Positions 47,001-57,015 of a stretch of 64,000 bases of DNA are shown here, one piece after another. A program made the translations under genes and the position numbers. The stretch lies in IMG/VR virus record IMGVR_UViG_3300020413_000007, one strand, 5' to 3'. Every line of letters begins with the position of its first letter. Position 1 is the stretch's first letter. Origin of the DNA: an uncultured virus (IMG/VR IMGVR_UViG_3300020413_000007). Its lineage: Duplodnaviria; Heunggongvirae; Uroviricota; Caudoviricetes. The notes under the pieces are model-generated. The model had not been told where the DNA came from, made no database searches, and was given only the letters and a program-made list of their open reading frames with translations.

Positions 47001-50000
47001 GGACCTATTAAAACAATAAATGTAGTAAATGGTGGTAGTGGATATAGAGTTTTGCCTGGCATAAAATCAATTACTTCTACATCTGGAAAAGGTGGTCTTT
47101 TACAAGCAACATCTACAACAATTGGTAGTATTAACTCTGTTAAATTTATTACTTATGGTGATAAGTTTTATGGATCAAAAACTGTAAGAAATTATGTAGA
47201 TCTTCCTATCACAATAAAAGTAAAATCTAACTTTGAAATTGAGTCTGTTAAGGTTCTTACAAATGGTAAAAATTATCTGGTAAATCCTTACGTTAGAGTA
47301 AATGGATTAAATGATGCTGCAACTTTACAACCATCATTTAGTACTGGTGAAGTTGTTAGTATGGATGTAGTTGATGGAGGTAGTGGATTTAGTACAGAAC
47401 CAACTATACAAGTATTCAGTCAGAATGGTGGTTCTGGTGCTACATTCTCATCTACATTAAGAAGAAAATCATTGACTGTTGGTGATACTCTTTCCATTCA
47501 AGGTAAGAGTAGTAGTGCTAAAATTCTTTCTGTTGATACTAGAGCATCTACAGTAGAATTATTAGTTTCATCAGGAACATTTTTGAAAGATGATGTATTG
47601 ATTCTTTCTGATGGTAAAACTTATGGTACAATTATAGAAGTTAATACTGCAAAAGCTTATGCTAAATCAAATTCATTTGGACAAATTAAAGAAAAATTTA
47701 TAGGAAGTGCTGGATTTATAAGTGATAGTTTTCAAAAACTTGGAGATAATACTTATTATCAAGATTGGTCTTATAGTCTATCAAATGATAGAAATATAGT
47801 TGATTGGAAAAGAAATATTAATGATAATACTCATCCAGCTGGATTTAAGTTTTTTGGTAAAAATAGATTACATAGCAGAAAATCAATATTAGGTAGATCA
47901 CAAGATATTGTAAGAAGTGCTGTTACTTTTAAATCTAGTATTAGTAGTTTATTAAATTCAAATTTAGAAGTACCATTTGAAGGAAAATGTACAAAATCTT
48001 ATATTTATTTTCATAACTTAGCATCTCCAAATCCATATAAAGTAAATGATATTGTATTTGGTTCTATAACAGGTAATTTAGGATTTGTCATAGAGGTTGG
48101 TGTTGGATATATTGTTGTTGAATATCAAAATGGTGAAATACAAATAGGTGAAAATGTAATTAACTATCTTAGAAATGTAACTCTTACAAGTACTTCCGAA
48201 ACTTCAAAAGCTTTAGTTGCAGTTAATGGTATTTTACAATCACCAGGCACCTCTTACGATGTTTCTGCAAATCAATTATTACCTAAGTTTCCAATATTTC
48301 CAGGCGATGAAATCGTAGGACATTATTTAACTACTAAATTTGAAATTATAGAAGGAATTGGTATTAATAATGGTAATGAAATTAATTTAAGTCAAGGTGG
48401 TTTAGATTATACAGCTTCCAGTAGTGATCATTTATTAGTTTCATTGGATGGTGTAATTCAAAAGAGTTCCAATATGACACTTGCAAATGGTGGTAAAGCC
48501 ATTAAATTTGCTGGTTCAAATCTTGCCGCAGATACAAAAATACAATTTGTATTAGAACATTCTCAGTTACAACCATTAACATTTACTGGAAGTGCTGGTA
48601 CTGCATTTACACTAAATGTAACTCCTTCATCTAATTGTAAATTATTAGTATTCTTCGTTGGTGTTGATCAATCTCATTTATTAACAGATTACACTGTTAG
48701 TGGAAATACAATTACTTTCGCATCTTCAGTAAATCCTGATGAAATATTTGGTTGGCATATTAACGAAACAGTTACTTGTGAAAAAGTTGCTCTACCAAAT
48801 TTATATTCTAATCCTGCTTCTGGAGTTGATAAAGTATGTAATCAAGCAAATAATATAACTTTAGAAATTAATTCAGATAATGTAAAACGAGCAAACGATT
48901 TCTATGAAATACAAAAAGAACAACTAGATGGAACTATGTTCTTATCTGGTAGTCAAGTTTATGGTTTTGACACTAAATTTAAAACTTCAAATCCAGAAAA
49001 TTCTACAAGTCATGTAGAAGTTATTAATGATATTTCAGATAAAACAAATAATGTTACATCTACATTTGATTTAAAGATTAATAAGAATCAATCGTATACA
49101 CCTGTGGATGGAATTAACTCGTTACAAGTTACTGTCAATGGAACTATATTAGGAAAAAACAATAGAACTGTAACTCCTACAACGGCATCTTATGTTGCAT
49201 CAACAGGTGTAATGACTCTTACAGTTCCTAATCATCAATTTGATACTGGTGATTTTGTTAAGATTGCTGATAATGCAATTACATTTACTTGTACAATGGA
49301 TAGTAATGCTACTAACCATTCATATCCAAGATCTACTGATCCTTTCAGTGGTGAATGGATTGCAGTTACAAAGGTTGATAATAATAACTTTAGTGTTAAT
49401 GTTGGTAAATCACCTACAAAGAAATTTACTGCAACTGCAGCAAGTTATGCTACAGGATCAGGACAACTTACATTAACAATTGGTGGTCATACACTAAAAA
49501 CTGGAACCAAAGTTAAAATTGCAACCGACTCAATTAAATTTAATGTTGGTGGAAGTGTAATTACATATCCTAGTGCAGCTGGTGGTACTACATATGCATC
49601 AATTTTATCTGTAACTGGAACTACAATTGTTCTTGATTTTGGTGTACCTAATAATACTGCTACACATGTATTCTTATCTGGGTCAGCAGACTTAGTTAGA
49701 AATAGTATAACCACTGGTGGTGATTATACACATACCTTTGTTTCTGCAACTGTGGGTGGTATTAAGAGTGCTACTGGATATACAGTTAGTGGTACTCAGA
49801 TTACATTTATCAAACCTCCATTATTGAATGATAAAATTTCTATTAAGGATTTTGTATCAACTTATAAAGCAAATAGTGGTACTAAAAAAGGTGCTGAAGT
49901 AGACGAGTTTAATTCTGCAAATGGTGTTAGAAAAATATTTAATATTTCTGATGATGGTATACCAGAAACAGTATCTAATAAAACAGATTTATTTACAATT

Positions 50001-53000
50001 AAAAATGGTATTCTTATCAAACCAGATATTCATTTAGGTGGTACTGATTCTAGAGATAATACACAACATATAAGTGCAGTCGGTAATAAAATAACATTTA
50101 ATGTAGCACCAGCTGCTACTGATAAGATTGGTACAATGGTCTTCAATAGACAATTATTACCAGCAAATAAGAGAAATTGGGTTCTTGATAGAAATGAAGA
50201 ATTTGATGGTACTAGAAAATTATTTACATTACAATTATCAAAAGATGATCATACTAAAAATTGGGTTGATCTAATTGGAGTTCCTACTGCTGAAAGTATA
50301 ATAGTTGTTAAAAATGATAAGACTCTTGCTCCAACAACAGATTATACAATAGTTACACCTACAGATCCTAATGATATAAATGATGGTGCTGGATCTTACA
50401 GACTTAATTTTGTTGTTGCACCTACATCAACAGATATTATTCATGTAATGTATACAGCAAATGATGCTAACTTTGAAGATAGAACTGGTGAATTAAGTCA
50501 AACTTCTGCAAAAGTATTATCTTACACAAGTGCGTTGTCTGGAACTGGTTGGATTCCATTCTGTTATGTTGATGGTGATTACATTGATCAAACTGATGTA
50601 ACTCATGATCAAACTGCAAAAACACTTACATTTACAAATAATACAACATTAGCATCTCAAAAAGTAGAAGTTCACTTTAAGAAAGCAACTTTAAATACAA
50701 CAAATGTTTATGGTGATATTACAACTGCTGAATTGATAGTTAAACAACGTAATAATAACAATGTAGAAATTGCAACTACAAATAACACATATAATTTACT
50801 TTTAAGAAATGGTTCTTCTAATAGTACAATTACAGGGGTTAAAGTTGTTAATATTTTACTAAGAGATGGTTCTACACAACTTATAATAGGATCTGATCAT
50901 TATCGTATACTTACGATGAATTTAAATAATCCTGCTATGTTTGATGCTGCAGGCGCTACTTTTGTTGCCGCAAATGGTATTGTATTAGCACCAGATGATC
51001 ACTATGATCATTCTGGATCAGGTACACCAGCAACTACTGGAATTGGTGATGGTAAAACATATGCAGCAATACAATTTAAATTCTATGGATATATGAATAA
51101 AGGTCTTGGTGCTGAATGGCATCTATCAGATCCAAGAGGAATGCCTTATCTTGCAAAAATTGATATTCTTACACACGATAAAGATGATGGTGATGGAAGA
51201 CTCAGAAGAGTTAACATGATCAATCAAAAAACTGGATCTTTTGGTGGTAATAATAGAACAGCATTTAGATTAGAAGTTGATGGTGTTAGATATACAAATT
51301 ATGTTGCTGATGAAGATATTCTTGTATTTAAAAACGATATACCTCTAAAACCAAACACAGATTATAATTTATCTGGTGTAACTGATACTGCTACTTCTGA
51401 AAAAGGTGATATTGTATTTGCTTCTGCTCCTTCTTCAAGTGATACATTTTACATGGTTGCAATGCAAAGTAATGAACTATTGAGTATTACTATGACAAAT
51501 AGTACAACTGGTAGTTTGAGTAGACAACTTACAGCTGCAGAAAGAGAAGGTTTAATTATAATTGCTGAAAATAAATTACATTTTGGAAATGGTCAAGGAT
51601 TTGTAATGAATAGCAATAATCAAACTATTGTGTTTGATACTGCTCCTGGCTCTGGTTTACATACACCGTTTGCAATATCTACAAATACTGGTAAAATTGC
51701 TGATAAAATTAATACTCCTTTTGATGGTACAGAACCAGCATTTAATTTATTCTTAGATTCTGAAAACTTTGTACCAGTAGGACAATATGGAAATGATGCT
51801 GCTCCTGATGTCAATAGTTTATTTGTAACTAAAAATGGTTCACTTTTAATTCCAACTACAGATTATACTATTGGTGGGAATATAGGTTCTAAAATTGTAT
51901 TCAATGTTTCGCCATCAGTTGGTGATGATATTACAATATCAACTCAAGGTGTCATGAGACCTCTTGATAATATCAGTTCAACTACTGGAAAAGAACATAC
52001 TCTTAAATTATCAAGTGCAGACTATTATCCAAATGCTGTAATCGGTAGACCAAGAGAATTAGAAAATCAAATTGTTGCGATCAAAAATAATAAATTATTA
52101 GATCCAATTAAAGATTACTATGTTCTTAATCAAAAAATTGTATTTACAGAAGCATTAATAAACAGTGATGTTATAAGATTATTAGATTGGTATGGTGATC
52201 ATGATGATTTTGCTGTAAGTTCTTACAATCAGCAAGTTGAAGTTAATGAAACTATTCAGTTGCCTGGCGAGTCATTAAGAAGAACAGTAACAGCGGTTCA
52301 TTCTCCAACTGCAATCACTGTTAACAGTCCAACTGGAATTACAAGTCCATCTGGTATTAATGCAAGACCTGACGTAGTTGATGGTAAATTATCAGCAATT
52401 ACTGTTGCAAATGGTGGAGTTGGTTATCCACAGAATACAAAATTCCGTACATATGGTCTCGGAGATTCTGCTTCTGCAAATACTATATTGGTTCCTACAA
52501 AAGGAAATAGTGTTAAAACTATTACTGGTTCTGGTACAGACACAGTTACAAATGCTGCATATGTTCCGTCTACAGGAGTTCTAACATTAACCATTCCTCA
52601 TCATGGATTATCAACAGGTGATAATATTAAACTTGCAGATGAATCATTAACATTTAGATGTTCGATGGATAATTATGCTACCGAACATAAGTATCCTAGA
52701 AATACTACAATTACACATACAGCTTCTAATGCATCTTATATACCTTCTACAGGTACATTGACTATTACAACATCAAAACCTCACAATTTACAAACAGGTG
52801 ACAGAATTAAAATTGGTGATAATTCATTAACATTTAAGTGTGCTTTAGATAGTTATCAAACTACACATACATATCCAAGATCAACTGATCCATTTAGTGA
52901 TAAATGGTTGCCTGTAAGTAATATTACAAACACAACATTTACAGTAAATGTTGGTTCATCTACATTAACCACATACACACCAACTGCTGTCGATTATGAA

Positions 53001-55364
53001 CCTAGTACAGGTGACATGACACTGAATATTGGTTCACATAATATTTCAATTGGTGATCCTATTAGAATTGCTGATGGATCTCTAACATTTACTTGTACAT
53101 TAGATGGAAATATTGCTGAAAAATCTTATCCAAGAAGTAATGCTACATATCATTCAATAACAAATGCAGTTTATGATCCTACATCAGGTATTATGACTGT
53201 TACTCTTAACAATCATGGATTTATAAAAGGTGAATATGTTAAGTTCTTAGTTAATTCATTACAATTTACATGTACAACTGATGGAAATACAATTCCAAAA
53301 ACTTATCCTAGACCTACAGATCCAGCATATGATACATGGTTAAAAATTGATAATATAACCACAAATACATTTACAGTCCAAGTTCTTGATACTGTACCTT
53401 CAACAAATACAGCAGCACATACTTTTGTTGGTGCAAGTGTAAATGGTTTGGCGAAGAAAGTTGATCAAGCATATCAAACTGCTCTTTCAGTAATTAAAAG
53501 AACTACTGATACTATTACTGTAAATGTTCTTGCTAAAATTCCATCCACAAATCTTAGTGTTCATACATTTGTTAAAGCTGCAACTGGTGCTATAAGTTCT
53601 GGTGGTGGTTATTTACATAGATTTGTTTCTGCTGCTGCAGATAGTATAAGTGAAAAGAGAGATTTTGCATCAGAACAATTCCTACAATCAACTGTAGTTG
53701 ACGAAGATACACTTACAGTTAATGTTGGTATAGTTCTTCCAAACACTCAGTATACACCAACAACAGGAACATCATATGATCCTGCTAGTGGATTATTAGT
53801 TTTAAATCTTGGTGCTGACTATAATGAATTGAAAGTTGGTAAGAGTGTTATTATTACCGACAATGCACTTAAATTTAAGTGTGCTATGGATAATAATGAT
53901 TCTATTAAGTCTTATCCGAGACCAGGCTTAGATAAAGCATCTGAAAGATCTCTTAAAATTACTGCAAAATCTGGTAATACTATAACCGTAGATGTTGGTG
54001 TTGCTGGTACAAACAAAACATTTACACCTAGCATGGCACATTATAATCAGATAACTGGTGATATGGTCATATTTATTGGACAACATGGATTGCGTAAAGA
54101 TGCAAATGTAGTTTTAGTTAATAATTCACTTACATTCCAGTGTGCTAAAGATAATTATGTAAGCTTACATACTTATCCTCGTGCTGGTACAGATCCATAT
54201 GCAAATGAAAAATCAATTGCAATTACAAACGTTGGATCTACTGAACATACAGTAACTTCAGCATCATATGTTTCTTCAACTGGTATTGTAACAATTAGTG
54301 TTTTAGATCCTAGTAACAAATTTGCAAATGATGATTACATCTTAGTTAACGATAATGCTCTTGTATTTACATGTAATTTAGATGGAAATGCAACACAACA
54401 TCCATATCCTCGTGCTGGATATGATTTACCAAGTAATAAATGGTTAAAGATTTCCAGTAAAACACATAACAGTGGTACAAGTACATTTAATATTAATGTT
54501 GGATCATCAACATATACTGGTACTCATACATTTGTAGGTGCTGCTGTTGATGCTTTACAGAGACAAAATGGTGAAATTACAATTAACGTTGGATTTGATT
54601 CTGACGCTGGTGATCAATATGAACATAGATTTGTTTCTGCAACTACAGGTGCAGTGAAGTATACACCAAATTCAACACATACATTCCAATCTGCTGATGC
54701 AAATTCAGTTAAGATGCTTGGTGATGCTACACATAAATTTGTAAGATCAACTACAAATGGTGTTTCAGTTGAAGCAAAAACCTTTGTATCAGTTGGTGAT
54801 ACAGTCATTGATTATGTTGGTCATAATCTCAGTAATACAACATTAGTTCCAACTTATGAATCATATGTTGTAAGAGATGAACAGTTAAATTCTAGTGACG
54901 TTACATTTGGTACTAAATTATCATCTGGTATTAATACATCAGTCGAAACTATTCCAGTTACAGGTACAGGAATGGCTTCCGAAAGTAATATTGGTATCAC
55001 TATAACATCTGGAAGTGGATCTAGTGCAGTTCTGCAACCATTTGTTGTTGATGGAAAAATCACTAAAGTAGTTGTAGAAACTGCTGGAAGTGGATATGAT
55101 TCTAATGATATTGTATTGACTGTAACTAACGGAGGTGGGTCTGGTGCTGTACTGGAACCAGTTCTGAATGGATCGGGTGCATTTACTAGTGTGACTGTTA
55201 CAAATGAGGGTATTGGGTACGATTCTTATAAGGCTTTCATAAATAAGGAAGTTATAGAGTATACGAATCATACTACAACAAACCTAAAAGGTGTGACCAG
55301 AGGAATAGCGGGTAGTACTGCCGCAACTGGTGCTCAAAATGATAAGGTCTATTTTGACTCGTAA
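41031..55364 (+). CDS. gp7: Giant baseplate wedge initiator (4777 aa)
   Basis: Between gp6 and gp8; Q.PQFV.ED..F..F...YY, FY.AKG, YYQ.WSY..HPAGF; YHYH-like and repeated beta domains. Confidence 0.85.
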   Translation: MKFLSDNSVDLSHLIDNQFPQFVREDNSTFIKFIKAYYESQELKNSPFDIAQNLIEYYNIGFYKKSELVENTNLNGNIANSATTINVDSTVGFPDKGYIQIDDEIVYYGSKTTTSFTSCVRGTSALILTNIPLSQVSLKTSLAETHLDNAVVTNVAYEFTSEFFRRIRSEIAVTIPENLVSELDLSSFFSRIRSFYGAKGSLNSHAILFRILFNDKKIKFTTKTRGSGATLKIPNFDGAITGLEITSGGSGYDSRTDGSSLINPPIIEVFGSGTGINVANPTALLTVNSITSGVIDGVTITDAGENYVGPITAFVRERDFAEEELVTSIAGTGSGVVESWDYNTGELTLTNIIGFFVNADELQSGSGEGARVFVKTFEIISQDPEIEFPKDYLFRPSNSNYGGKKLARLEIVKKLSNISDPSLDVISNNKTLAPSYITFLQDQDTIFGVSNVNIESSQVIKIDDVGKPTYEADIEINDDFNKIYLPASTQLVKAFDPSSDTIITVDDASGFPTTKGQVYIDDVIIDYDERSVNQFLGCTVVSGSGIKAVSTEVVAYGRYRTRKQYTRGEFVGLDQERYYGENLYRSKNEGISSSTADPTHSLGSIKVGDIEWEYIGSSKVTYFVDVFVGFPEISCTGNEGELTIRVDKVRDIAVGQSVVGSGIGIGAKIRSISGKELTLSIPNTSKVTGGCIFSVAQARLMGLVDNITIEKSGALFSPQKYFLDDKTYEDFSGTEYSAWNVNSDHTLDTDNDFVGISQLYNYKSPKDEHVYVSSSAIPGYIFSGSVNAKNRVLSNIFDGYTNAFTLIGLTNPIEKDLFIFRNALLQDPSTDFDVVNDILTFVETPSQNEPVYVRYFNDTNKVTKLTYTQTTQGASSSTITLSGLGSFNTSNDYLFVTVNGVLQVGNAISYNNTSKVATFTDNVNTLTTTLTATGATYAPSNGNLTLTILNSNLTVGDKIKIADGGITFTCAKDGDTTTHPYPRSTDPASDEWLEITSISGNDHVVNVGISSDTSTHTFVSAVTNSITRRPDKVVAYWIKNAKVLDAITSSSSSTYTLQQSSSNYTAATTDTVFVAINGVIQKPTTSYTISGSTLTFSEVNSGTAITVIDLEDGSGGADIINVNLGSLAGINQDKDNYKLQKLVKRIPFPASLINNNVLRTSKALSPTSSLKGIGITVDGIQFNSIQGNKVQYGAVKSITIGSGGNYEVPLDKTTTGSGKFLKSSYPKVILTKNGGETSDVTISESIFDMSAGIKSIDINKFLDITPLTGFTIKPNVEVVSSTTVATGFRKAVVDVSYKNGTIDGFIVVDSGSGYTEAPTIKITGGGKLESENFSIPFFNTSTNDLIVTMEGSIISSKSASSTITLTTPVGSKFNVNPVTTVDSGSNGLVKVFVANGQIVATQVLDKGQNYFTEPTIKIVGVGTNGVLRARLDGSGGINGVDIINAGSGYTVPPVITVINDDTLAVANSTLNQWTFNIPNRFNTKIDEFGGYVFDSNSGVILKVASFTTSTLVLSEAPTGVVVGMEVTHPQIPIGTFVTKIDTSGKIIYLSRSGLDQVTNISLNGSLVSFYQGDDRFRGTLKAQEVISTNFAESRLNFQYLQLKNTTKFETYYNISSSAHSKLVGFSYDGHPIYCKYGYSTPLDNTSAIEEQTSSWRLKGNRFNGPLVADYPLGSFIEDYEYDKTYGTLDEFNGRFCVTPEYPDGAYCYFMVDVFPFLIGPKYFSDPDCYNTGNNRSNDQIPKHFIRVNDTANQYFPQEEKNINKSILFTDYSSVGTVDNMFIESAGDNYKVGDNIVFDDDETGGSGAIAYVSSVDSPPISDIQIGSDGVIEFTFTGTHQISENDVIDVTYTKQTTNTVINLDTISSVPTQLSGKNLYNVILESHKIYRLEFGTTRPYNLSFDILNFNPYFQRDIDLKPTYVDIDPTKIPSVIFIHTSQSIFELRVESAPIIGRHLVTEVLSPNTFTVKDISVKTADTSVIDIAIKSNGASGPIKTINVVNGGSGYRVLPGIKSITSTSGKGGLLQATSTTIGSINSVKFITYGDKFYGSKTVRNYVDLPITIKVKSNFEIESVKVLTNGKNYLVNPYVRVNGLNDAATLQPSFSTGEVVSMDVVDGGSGFSTEPTIQVFSQNGGSGATFSSTLRRKSLTVGDTLSIQGKSSSAKILSVDTRASTVELLVSSGTFLKDDVLILSDGKTYGTIIEVNTAKAYAKSNSFGQIKEKFIGSAGFISDSFQKLGDNTYYQDWSYSLSNDRNIVDWKRNINDNTHPAGFKFFGKNRLHSRKSILGRSQDIVRSAVTFKSSISSLLNSNLEVPFEGKCTKSYIYFHNLASPNPYKVNDIVFGSITGNLGFVIEVGVGYIVVEYQNGEIQIGENVINYLRNVTLTSTSETSKALVAVNGILQSPGTSYDVSANQLLPKFPIFPGDEIVGHYLTTKFEIIEGIGINNGNEINLSQGGLDYTASSSDHLLVSLDGVIQKSSNMTLANGGKAIKFAGSNLAADTKIQFVLEHSQLQPLTFTGSAGTAFTLNVTPSSNCKLLVFFVGVDQSHLLTDYTVSGNTITFASSVNPDEIFGWHINETVTCEKVALPNLYSNPASGVDKVCNQANNITLEINSDNVKRANDFYEIQKEQLDGTMFLSGSQVYGFDTKFKTSNPENSTSHVEVINDISDKTNNVTSTFDLKINKNQSYTPVDGINSLQVTVNGTILGKNNRTVTPTTASYVASTGVMTLTVPNHQFDTGDFVKIADNAITFTCTMDSNATNHSYPRSTDPFSGEWIAVTKVDNNNFSVNVGKSPTKKFTATAASYATGSGQLTLTIGGHTLKTGTKVKIATDSIKFNVGGSVITYPSAAGGTTYASILSVTGTTIVLDFGVPNNTATHVFLSGSADLVRNSITTGGDYTHTFVSATVGGIKSATGYTVSGTQITFIKPPLLNDKISIKDFVSTYKANSGTKKGAEVDEFNSANGVRKIFNISDDGIPETVSNKTDLFTIKNGILIKPDIHLGGTDSRDNTQHISAVGNKITFNVAPAATDKIGTMVFNRQLLPANKRNWVLDRNEEFDGTRKLFTLQLSKDDHTKNWVDLIGVPTAESIIVVKNDKTLAPTTDYTIVTPTDPNDINDGAGSYRLNFVVAPTSTDIIHVMYTANDANFEDRTGELSQTSAKVLSYTSALSGTGWIPFCYVDGDYIDQTDVTHDQTAKTLTFTNNTTLASQKVEVHFKKATLNTTNVYGDITTAELIVKQRNNNNVEIATTNNTYNLLLRNGSSNSTITGVKVVNILLRDGSTQLIIGSDHYRILTMNLNNPAMFDAAGATFVAANGIVLAPDDHYDHSGSGTPATTGIGDGKTYAAIQFKFYGYMNKGLGAEWHLSDPRGMPYLAKIDILTHDKDDGDGRLRRVNMINQKTGSFGGNNRTAFRLEVDGVRYTNYVADEDILVFKNDIPLKPNTDYNLSGVTDTATSEKGDIVFASAPSSSDTFYMVAMQSNELLSITMTNSTTGSLSRQLTAAEREGLIIIAENKLHFGNGQGFVMNSNNQTIVFDTAPGSGLHTPFAISTNTGKIADKINTPFDGTEPAFNLFLDSENFVPVGQYGNDAAPDVNSLFVTKNGSLLIPTTDYTIGGNIGSKIVFNVSPSVGDDITISTQGVMRPLDNISSTTGKEHTLKLSSADYYPNAVIGRPRELENQIVAIKNNKLLDPIKDYYVLNQKIVFTEALINSDVIRLLDWYGDHDDFAVSSYNQQVEVNETIQLPGESLRRTVTAVHSPTAITVNSPTGITSPSGINARPDVVDGKLSAITVANGGVGYPQNTKFRTYGLGDSASANTILVPTKGNSVKTITGSGTDTVTNAAYVPSTGVLTLTIPHHGLSTGDNIKLADESLTFRCSMDNYATEHKYPRNTTITHTASNASYIPSTGTLTITTSKPHNLQTGDRIKIGDNSLTFKCALDSYQTTHTYPRSTDPFSDKWLPVSNITNTTFTVNVGSSTLTTYTPTAVDYEPSTGDMTLNIGSHNISIGDPIRIADGSLTFTCTLDGNIAEKSYPRSNATYHSITNAVYDPTSGIMTVTLNNHGFIKGEYVKFLVNSLQFTCTTDGNTIPKTYPRPTDPAYDTWLKIDNITTNTFTVQVLDTVPSTNTAAHTFVGASVNGLAKKVDQAYQTALSVIKRTTDTITVNVLAKIPSTNLSVHTFVKAATGAISSGGGYLHRFVSAAADSISEKRDFASEQFLQSTVVDEDTLTVNVGIVLPNTQYTPTTGTSYDPASGLLVLNLGADYNELKVGKSVIITDNALKFKCAMDNNDSIKSYPRPGLDKASERSLKITAKSGNTITVDVGVAGTNKTFTPSMAHYNQITGDMVIFIGQHGLRKDANVVLVNNSLTFQCAKDNYVSLHTYPRAGTDPYANEKSIAITNVGSTEHTVTSASYVSSTGIVTISVLDPSNKFANDDYILVNDNALVFTCNLDGNATQHPYPRAGYDLPSNKWLKISSKTHNSGTSTFNINVGSSTYTGTHTFVGAAVDALQRQNGEITINVGFDSDAGDQYEHRFVSATTGAVKYTPNSTHTFQSADANSVKMLGDATHKFVRSTTNGVSVEAKTFVSVGDTVIDYVGHNLSNTTLVPTYESYVVRDEQLNSSDVTFGTKLSSGINTSVETIPVTGTGMASESNIGITITSGSGSSAVLQPFVVDGKITKVVVETAGSGYDSNDIVLTVTNGGGSGAVLEPVLNGSGAFTSVTVTNEGIGYDSYKAFINKEVIEYTNHTTTNLKGVTRGIAGSTAATGAQNDKVYFDS

Positions 55365-55370
55365 ATACAG

Positions 55371-55378
55371 TATAAATA
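55371..55378 (+). promoter_or_regulatory. T4-type late promoter
   Basis: TATAAATA upstream of gp8. Confidence 0.75.
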
Positions 55379-55410
55379 AAGATAAAGTTAAAAAACATCG
55401 GAACAGATAA

Positions 55411-56979
55411 ATGCCATCACTAGTTTCTGACAATTTCAGAGTATTTGCTGCAGAGCAGTTTATGGAGGCTCTTGAGGAACCTCTAGATTCTTCTGGCAAC
55501 CCTCTTTCCGACTCTTCCACGGAGGCGTTGAGAGACAGAAGTAAAGTTTATATTTTTATTGGTCGTTCACAAACTTGGAATGCTGAGAGATACTCAGGTC
55601 TAGGTTTTAACGACATTGATACTATACCTTCACCAACGGATTCATTTGATGAGTTGAGTGAAATTTATGACGATATGATCGCTATGAAGAGAATTACTCG
55701 TAGTGATGTCAATCAAGTTGTAAGAAAAAGAACTTGGAAGACAAATACTCGTTATGATATGTACAAACATAATTATTCTACTGGTTATCAGTCAGCGACT
55801 GGAGCTAATAAATTATATGATTCACAATTCTATGTGATGAATAGTAATTACGATGTTTATAAGTGTATCTATAATGGTGAAACTCCTGCTAATCCAAATG
55901 GAGTAATTTCTACTGTAGAACCAACAGGAACAGCAACTTCTATTTTTACTACATCTGATACTTACAGATGGAAGTATATGTATACATTAGGTATTAACGA
56001 TTTTGTTAAGTTTGTTTCTAGTGATTTTATGCCACTTAAAACTGATTCTAACGTTGTTAGTGCTGCTACATCAGGAGCAATTGATCAACCTTTAGTAAGA
56101 AACGTTGGAAGTGGTTTAACTCCAGGCACATATTTCTGTCCAGTTATAGGTGATTATAGTACACTTGCAGTAGTTACATTTACAGTATCAAGCACTGCTC
56201 CGATTGCAAACCAAATTGATCCAAGCACAGTATCAATGTCTGTTGTTGGTGCTGGATATACTTATGGTACTATTAACCTTGCAGAATGTTATTCAACTTT
56301 AGCTGCTGCACAAGCAAGATCTGCTTCACCAACTGATCTTTCTACTGGTAGTGCTTCTATTGATGCTATAATCTCACCTCCAGATGGACATGGTTCTAAT
56401 GTTGTGAGAGAACTTGGTGGTTACAGAGTAATGGTTAATAAAGCTGTTGAGTTCTTGGATGGTGCTGGTGACGTACCAACTGATATGCAATTTAGAAGAT
56501 TTGGTCTTGTTTCTGATCCACAAACTCCAGGCAACACTGATTTAACATCAAGTACTGCTGCGGTATGTAAAGCAATTAAATTTCCTGCTGCATCATCTGT
56601 CAACTACACTATTGGTGAAGTAATTACTCAAGCAACTACTGGTGCAAAAGGTAAGGTAATTCATTGGGATTCTGTTAACAAAGTTCTTAGATATTTCCAA
56701 AATGAATATACTGCTGCAACTCAATTAACTACTAATCAATACAAGTTAGTAGAGTTTAGTGGTGCAAATGCGATTACTGGAGGATTATCTAGTACTGCAT
56801 TAACTCCTGATACAGCTGCTAGTGGTACTACAACTGTTGCTGGTAGATCATTTACTACTGGTTACTCTAGTTCAGAGGTTAAAAAATTTAGTGGTTCTAT
56901 TCTGTACATAGAGAACAGAAAAACAATCATTAGATCTGATGACCAAATTGAAGACATTAAACTCGTTATTGAGTTCTGA
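55411..56979 (+). CDS. gp8: Baseplate wedge subunit
   Basis: YDMY, VYKCIYN, Y.WKYMY, SP..GHG, YIENR..I.R..DQ.EDIK...EF. Confidence 0.92.
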   Translation: MPSLVSDNFRVFAAEQFMEALEEPLDSSGNPLSDSSTEALRDRSKVYIFIGRSQTWNAERYSGLGFNDIDTIPSPTDSFDELSEIYDDMIAMKRITRSDVNQVVRKRTWKTNTRYDMYKHNYSTGYQSATGANKLYDSQFYVMNSNYDVYKCIYNGETPANPNGVISTVEPTGTATSIFTTSDTYRWKYMYTLGINDFVKFVSSDFMPLKTDSNVVSAATSGAIDQPLVRNVGSGLTPGTYFCPVIGDYSTLAVVTFTVSSTAPIANQIDPSTVSMSVVGAGYTYGTINLAECYSTLAAAQARSASPTDLSTGSASIDAIISPPDGHGSNVVRELGGYRVMVNKAVEFLDGAGDVPTDMQFRRFGLVSDPQTPGNTDLTSSTAAVCKAIKFPAASSVNYTIGEVITQATTGAKGKVIHWDSVNKVLRYFQNEYTAATQLTTNQYKLVEFSGANAITGGLSSTALTPDTAASGTTTVAGRSFTTGYSSSEVKKFSGSILYIENRKTIIRSDDQIEDIKLVIEF

Positions 56980-57015
56980 TTATACTAATAAATACTTAAA
57001 AGAAGTCCTTCGACA

